A stretch of DNA of 64,000 nt. Origin: Candidatus Bathyarchaeota archaeon (GTDB lineage: Archaea > Thermoproteota > Bathyarchaeia > Bathyarchaeales > Bathycorpusculaceae). Location of the stretch: assembly GCA_963775465.1 (NCBI GenBank), contig CAVZIW010000004.1:1-64000 (forward strand), read 5' to 3'. Of this stretch, positions 59,704 to 64,000 are shown piece after piece; position 1 is the stretch's first letter; every line of letters starts with the position of its first letter. The position numbers were made by a program, and so were the translations under genes. Under the pieces are notes generated by a model, which was given only the letters and a program-made list of their open reading frames with translations, was not told where the DNA came from and did not search any database.

Positions 59704-59961
59704 AGATCACAACTATTGAAAATTTAATGCGGCCTATTCGAATTCTGTTCAACCAAACGTGATAAAAAAAGCTTTAGAGCCTAAATAGCCAATTCTTCAA
59801 GAGATGCCTCAGTTGAACAGTGCTCACACCCTGCAAAGAGATTCTAAAGACGCTGAGAATATAATTACATCATACTCATTTATTGTCTATCAAAAGTATG
59901 CCTCGCGCATTAAAGCGAGGCAGCCCGTCTAATAATCCGAAAAAAATAGTAAAAGTTAATG

Positions 59962-60396
59962 CTAAAGGAAACGTCTTATTTTTTTGGCAGCTTGTTCCAA
60001 AGAATCTTTAGGACGTTCGTTAGTTGGATTTCGATACGCTTTGCCGTGACTAAAACCCTCCTCAGGCATCAAGGGAATAACGTGTACATGTAAATGAAAA
60101 ATTACCTGCCCAGCTGCCCGCCCATTGTTCTGAACGATCCTAATTCCTTTGACGTTAACGGCATCCCTTACCGCGTGAGCAACCCTCTTTGTAATCTTGA
60201 AGAGATACGCGACTTCTTCTTCAGGAGTTTCATAGATGTTCTCATAATGTTTTTTTGGAACCACCAGAGTGTGCCCCTCGTTTACTGGTCGATTACTCAA
60301 AAAAGCAACAACGCGATCATCTTCGTAGACCATGCATGCTGGCGATTTCTTTTGGATTATTTGGCAGAATACGCAGTTTTCAGACATAGAGACCAT
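59962..60396 (-). CDS. HIT family hydrolase
   Basis: CVFC, GHTLVVPKKH, FHLHVHVIP. Confidence 0.93.
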   Translation of the reverse strand: MVSMSENCVFCQIIQKKSPACMVYEDDRVVAFLSNRPVNEGHTLVVPKKHYENIYETPEEEVAYLFKITKRVAHAVRDAVNVKGIRIVQNNGRAAGQVIFHLHVHVIPLMPEEGFSHGKAYRNPTNERPKDSLEQAAKKIRRFL

Positions 60397-60459
60397 ACCT
60401 TTTGCAGTTTGTTAGTAGGATATAGCTTTAATACAATTTCACCATTTCAATAATACTTT

Positions 60460-61482
60460 ATGGAAACTCTAGTTGATGATATCGGCAGTTTTCCTTTGCC
60501 AGCGGGAATTAAAAGAGAACAATATGCCAAAGCGTACGAACAGGCACGAGAATTAATAATTAAAAAGCAAGACCCATTCAAGGATAAGTTTGTCGAAAAG
60601 AATTTCTGCACAATAGTTGTCGAATCCTTTAAGAAAAAAATTAGCACAGGCATAGATGTAGTGAATTTTCCTCAACATTACAGCGGCATCAAACAGGTCG
60701 GTGAGGCCATCCATGAAGCTATGAATAAAGGTTCATTTGTTGTCGACCAGGAAAAAGCATTCTTACCCGAACTCTACGTGCTAAACCAAGAAGCTAAACG
60801 CTTAAACGAAGAGCATGGTAAAAAAATTGAGTTACGAGTATCCATTTTTGGTCCAATCGAGCAATACCTTGCAGAAGTGGGAGCAACAGCTTACCCTGAC
60901 GTATTGGATGGATTCTCTCAAACCATTAATCGCTTTGCAAAGAACAGTATCTTAAACAACAAGTACATCGAAACAAAGGTGATTTCAATAGATGAACCAA
61001 GCCTAGGTCACAGTAGCTTCTCAGGAACACCAGAGTTGGTTCGTGAAACTCTCGAAAAAGCGTACGCTTTTCAGGGTCCCACTAAACAGATACATCTGCA
61101 TTTTGCCTCTGGAATTCACGAATTACTTAACGTAAAAGGTATCGATGTTTTATCGTTTGAATATGCGGCTTCACCCAAAAATATTGATGCCATTCCTAAA
61201 AGTGTACTTGAGAAGGCTGACAAACAAATCCGTGTAGGCATAGCTCGAACTGACATCGATTCCATTTGGGCAGAACTCTATGAGAAGGGCATAACTCAAC
61301 CGTCAGCAGAAGAACTAGTTGAAAATGTGGAAAAGATAAAGAAAAGGTACAAATTTGCCAAAGAAAAATATGGCGAACGGATGACTTTCACTGGTCCTGA
61401 CTGCGGGTTAGGCGGTTGGCCCAGTCAAGAGGCAGCCACACTACTTTTGAAGCGTACAGTTGAAGCGGTTAAAGCCAATTAG
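60460..61482 (+). CDS. Methionine synthase II (MetE C-terminal)/UROD-like protein
   Basis: DDIGSFP, IDEPS, QIHLH, GPDCGLG. Confidence 0.75.
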   Translation: METLVDDIGSFPLPAGIKREQYAKAYEQARELIIKKQDPFKDKFVEKNFCTIVVESFKKKISTGIDVVNFPQHYSGIKQVGEAIHEAMNKGSFVVDQEKAFLPELYVLNQEAKRLNEEHGKKIELRVSIFGPIEQYLAEVGATAYPDVLDGFSQTINRFAKNSILNNKYIETKVISIDEPSLGHSSFSGTPELVRETLEKAYAFQGPTKQIHLHFASGIHELLNVKGIDVLSFEYAASPKNIDAIPKSVLEKADKQIRVGIARTDIDSIWAELYEKGITQPSAEELVENVEKIKKRYKFAKEKYGERMTFTGPDCGLGGWPSQEAATLLLKRTVEAVKAN

Positions 61483-61486
61483 CTGC

Positions 61487-62350
61487 TTACTCTGACGTTT
61501 CTTCAAGAGTCGACGATTCGGGTTTAGAGGCGCTTTTCTTGATTAGTTTCTCAGTGTTCTCTCCAGTGGGTAGTTGTTTGAACCCATATGTGCCAACTGG
61601 TGGCCAACCTGCTTCAGGCATAGATGAGGGTATTAACATTATAGTGTTTGTGCCTGATTGTTGACCTAGCTCGTAGATTATATTCATCCATCTAAGCCTC
61701 AACCCTTCAGCGCTTGACTCGTACATTTTTGCAGCCTCAATCATTTTTTGCGATGCTTCAAACTCGGCAGTGGCTAAGGTTACTCTTGCGATACGTTCCC
61801 GTTCTGCTTGTGCTTGTCGACTCATGGCGTCTTGTAGGTTACCAGGTATAATCACATCGCGAACCTCGACGGCGGTAGCCTTTATGCCCCATGACTCGGT
61901 TTTTTCGTCTATTATTTCACGCAGATGGGCACCGACTTTTTCACGCTCAGCAAGCAACTCGTTTAGGCTAACTTTGCCAATAACCTCTCTAAGAGTAGTT
62001 TGTGAGGCGAATTGAGTTGCTTGGTAGTAATTTTCTACTTGCAAAACGGCTTTCTCTAAATCCACGGGTTTCATGTAAAGCACTGAATCAACATTTACTG
62101 GAACGTTGTCTTTAGTTAAAGTTGACTCAGTTCGGAACTGAATTGTATCTATCCTTGTTGAAATCTTTATTGGTGCTCTGTCGATTAAGGGAAAAAGATA
62201 TGCTATTCCCGGACCTCGCAAACCGACGTATCTTCCTAATCGCAAGACTGGTATACGTTCCCATTCTTTCAGAACTCTAATACCACTTAAGAAGAAAAGT
62301 GCAACCAATATTGCAACAAAAGCTAAAACTGGAGTTAAAACATCAACCAT
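61487..62350 (-). CDS. SPFH/slipin family protein
   Basis: LTKDNVPVNVD, QTTLREVIG, AMSRQAQAERER. Confidence 0.93.
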   Translation of the reverse strand: MVDVLTPVLAFVAILVALFFLSGIRVLKEWERIPVLRLGRYVGLRGPGIAYLFPLIDRAPIKISTRIDTIQFRTESTLTKDNVPVNVDSVLYMKPVDLEKAVLQVENYYQATQFASQTTLREVIGKVSLNELLAEREKVGAHLREIIDEKTESWGIKATAVEVRDVIIPGNLQDAMSRQAQAERERIARVTLATAEFEASQKMIEAAKMYESSAEGLRLRWMNIIYELGQQSGTNTIMLIPSSMPEAGWPPVGTYGFKQLPTGENTEKLIKKSASKPESSTLEETSE

Positions 62351-62390
62351 TCTGGGTACCCTCGACTAGTGGTATCTGTGGTTTAAAGAG

Positions 62391-62786
62391 TTAAGCTTTT
62401 TGCTCAGCCGGTTTCACGATAAGAAACATGCCTTCCATATCCATAACTTGGATTTGCTGTCCTTTGAAAATAGGTGCCTCTTTGGCGGTTGCCTGCCAAA
62501 ACTCACCCAACACGCGTACTTCCCCGTTTGGGTTAAGGTCCGTTGTGGTAATGCCTGAAGCGCCGATGATGGCTTCCTTACCAGTTTTTATGCGTCTGTA
62601 TTGGGCTTTTACACCTACATAAAAAAGCCAAGCAGCAATTCCAGCAACAATAAGAAGAGTGATTGCCAAAATTGCTTGTACCGAGAGGGCTATTCCCAAA
62701 TAAGACATACCGATGCTTGCTGAAAAGATTAGCACTCCTCCTATTACTATCAATATTCCGGCTATGAGGGCAAGCCAAGCATGCAT
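62391..62786 (-). CDS. NfeD family protein (short form)
   Basis: Two TM helices, TGKEAIIG, GEVRVLGEFWQA. Confidence 0.9.
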   Translation of the reverse strand: MHAWLALIAGILIVIGGVLIFSASIGMSYLGIALSVQAILAITLLIVAGIAAWLFYVGVKAQYRRIKTGKEAIIGASGITTTDLNPNGEVRVLGEFWQATAKEAPIFKGQQIQVMDMEGMFLIVKPAEQKA

Positions 62787-62866
62787 ACAAATCCCTAAAT
62801 ATACTGTAGAAAGAATCTGCTTATAAGCTATTTACTTAATCTCTTAAATCTTAAAAAGAAAAATGG

Positions 62867-63016
62867 TTAGTTCCAATGTTCGTCAATGAACAAACTTAGT
62901 GATGGGTCTTCGCGTGAAACGATGCTCAGTTGCGGTATTATTCCTGGTCTTTTGCGCAGTGGCGGAGTCGGCATTGGAGATGGGGGCTCAAGCTCTAAGG
63001 GGATTTTGTTTATCAG
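62867..63016 (-). CDS. Possible 49-aa Pro-rich peptide coupled to htrA
   Basis: CTG overlapping the htrA TGA, GGAGG upstream; (M)INKIPLELEPPSPMPTPPLRKRPGIIPQLSIVSREDPSLSLFIDEHWN. Confidence 0.4.
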   Translation of the reverse strand: MINKIPLELEPPSPMPTPPLRKRPGIIPQLSIVSREDPSLSLFIDEHWN

Positions 63017-63960
63017 TCTTCTTCGCCTCCGTGAGTGGTTGGGGTTATTGTTGTTTCAATTAGGTTTTCTCGGCGGATTATTGTGACTTTGGTTTCTTTG
63101 CCTATAACTTCTTCTGCAAGCAATCGTGGAAGGTCATAGAATTCTGTTACGGTTTTGCCGTTGAACTTGACAAGGACATCCCCCATGGCTAAGCCTGCTT
63201 GACGAGCAGGAGAACCGGGCTCAACAGAGAATATCATAACGCCTGTTTCCTGATCTAAACCTGCTTGTTCAGTGATTTCCTCTGGAATTGCTACTGTATT
63301 TGCAACTATGCCCAAGTAGCCCCGTTGCGGGACTCTACCAGTCATTAGGCGATCAGTAATACCTTTTATTTTGTTTATAGGTATGGCGATACCTCTTTGC
63401 CAAACGTAAGCTGTGTTTATGCCGATTAGTTTGCCTTCAACGTCGATGAGTGGCCCACCGCTGAAGCCGGGATTTAGTTGCGCGTCGGTTGCAATTATGT
63501 TTTCCATTGCGGTGGCGCCTCTCCAACCTCTGATAGTGCTGTTTACGCTGGTAACCATGCCGCTGGTTGCGGTTGGTTGGTTACGGTTAAACGGATTTGC
63601 TAACGCCAAAACGTATTGCCCTACGCTAATTTTTTCTGAATCGCCAGTTTCTATCGGTGTAAATTCGCCCTTCTCTGCTTTAAGCAAGGCTATGTCGTTA
63701 TAGGCGTCGGTTCCGACGATTTTTGCGTTGACTATTTTTTCGCCTTGACCGATTTTGACTGTTCCGCATCCCTGAAGTACGTGGTTACAGGTAACGATAT
63801 ACCCGTCTTTTGTTAGGACGACACCTGTACCACGGGACATTTGAGCTTTTACGCTCACCACTGATTCTGAGATTTTCTTAATCAGCAGACTTGTGGCGTC
63901 TGAGAGTGATTTTAGAACTGCAAAGGAACTAGTTAGTTGACTCATTCCATTTTTCTCCAA
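63013..63960 (-). CDS. HtrA/DegP-like trypsin serine protease with PDZ domain (no signal peptide)
   Basis: TCNHV, DIALL, NPGFSGGP, C-terminal PDZ (GSPARQAGL..GD). Confidence 0.92.
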   Translation of the reverse strand: MEKNGMSQLTSSFAVLKSLSDATSLLIKKISESVVSVKAQMSRGTGVVLTKDGYIVTCNHVLQGCGTVKIGQGEKIVNAKIVGTDAYNDIALLKAEKGEFTPIETGDSEKISVGQYVLALANPFNRNQPTATSGMVTSVNSTIRGWRGATAMENIIATDAQLNPGFSGGPLIDVEGKLIGINTAYVWQRGIAIPINKIKGITDRLMTGRVPQRGYLGIVANTVAIPEEITEQAGLDQETGVMIFSVEPGSPARQAGLAMGDVLVKFNGKTVTEFYDLPRLLAEEVIGKETKVTIIRRENLIETTITPTTHGGEED

Positions 63961-64000
63961 AAAAGTATATGGTTAAAAGAGTATTTGTTGACTAAGGAAA

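Noticed and set aside
1-64000. CRISPR array, tRNA or rRNA genes
   Set aside because: No regularly spaced repeat-spacer series, cloverleaf/TpsiC pattern or rRNA-like GC-rich segment found by eye.

Overview
Archaeal chromosomal window, most likely Bathyarchaeia. This is inferred from large secreted PQQ-repeat beta-propeller proteins paired with TrmB regulators, HDIRNPLQAI-type PAS histidine kinases, archaeal pantoate kinase/CoaD and GGTGA/GGAGG ribosome-binding sites. 0-13 kb is an accessory region: two mirror-image TrmB/PQQ-propeller divergons interleaved with a mobile-element-like operon (ParB-N, ABC ATPase, GNAT) and a coupled Cys-rich/wHTH operon. The ATPase and GNAT are joined by a -1 shift on an A7 run, and the ATPase lacks a canonical start codon. 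13-17.7 kb is a kaiC-kaiB-kaiB-PAS histidine kinase operon with no kaiA. 17.7-36.7 kb mixes stress and metabolic genes (MPG glycosylase, clpB, ArsR, RNase J-like, VIT1, GH1, a G3PDH-like three-gene operon) with a decayed antitoxin gene. 37-43 kb is a second accessory patch: surface-protein genes bounded by repeated 28-bp 11-6-11 palindromes resembling tyrosine-recombinase (dif-like) sites, plus remnants of a probable Cas1-solo, a radical SAM and a DUF4365-TPR gene. 43-64 kb is mostly housekeeping (radical SAM, PRC barrels, CoA biosynthesis with an ECF S component, HIT, MetE-like, slipin/NfeD, HtrA). No rRNA, tRNA or CRISPR array was seen. All family calls come from motif recognition only; no searches were run.
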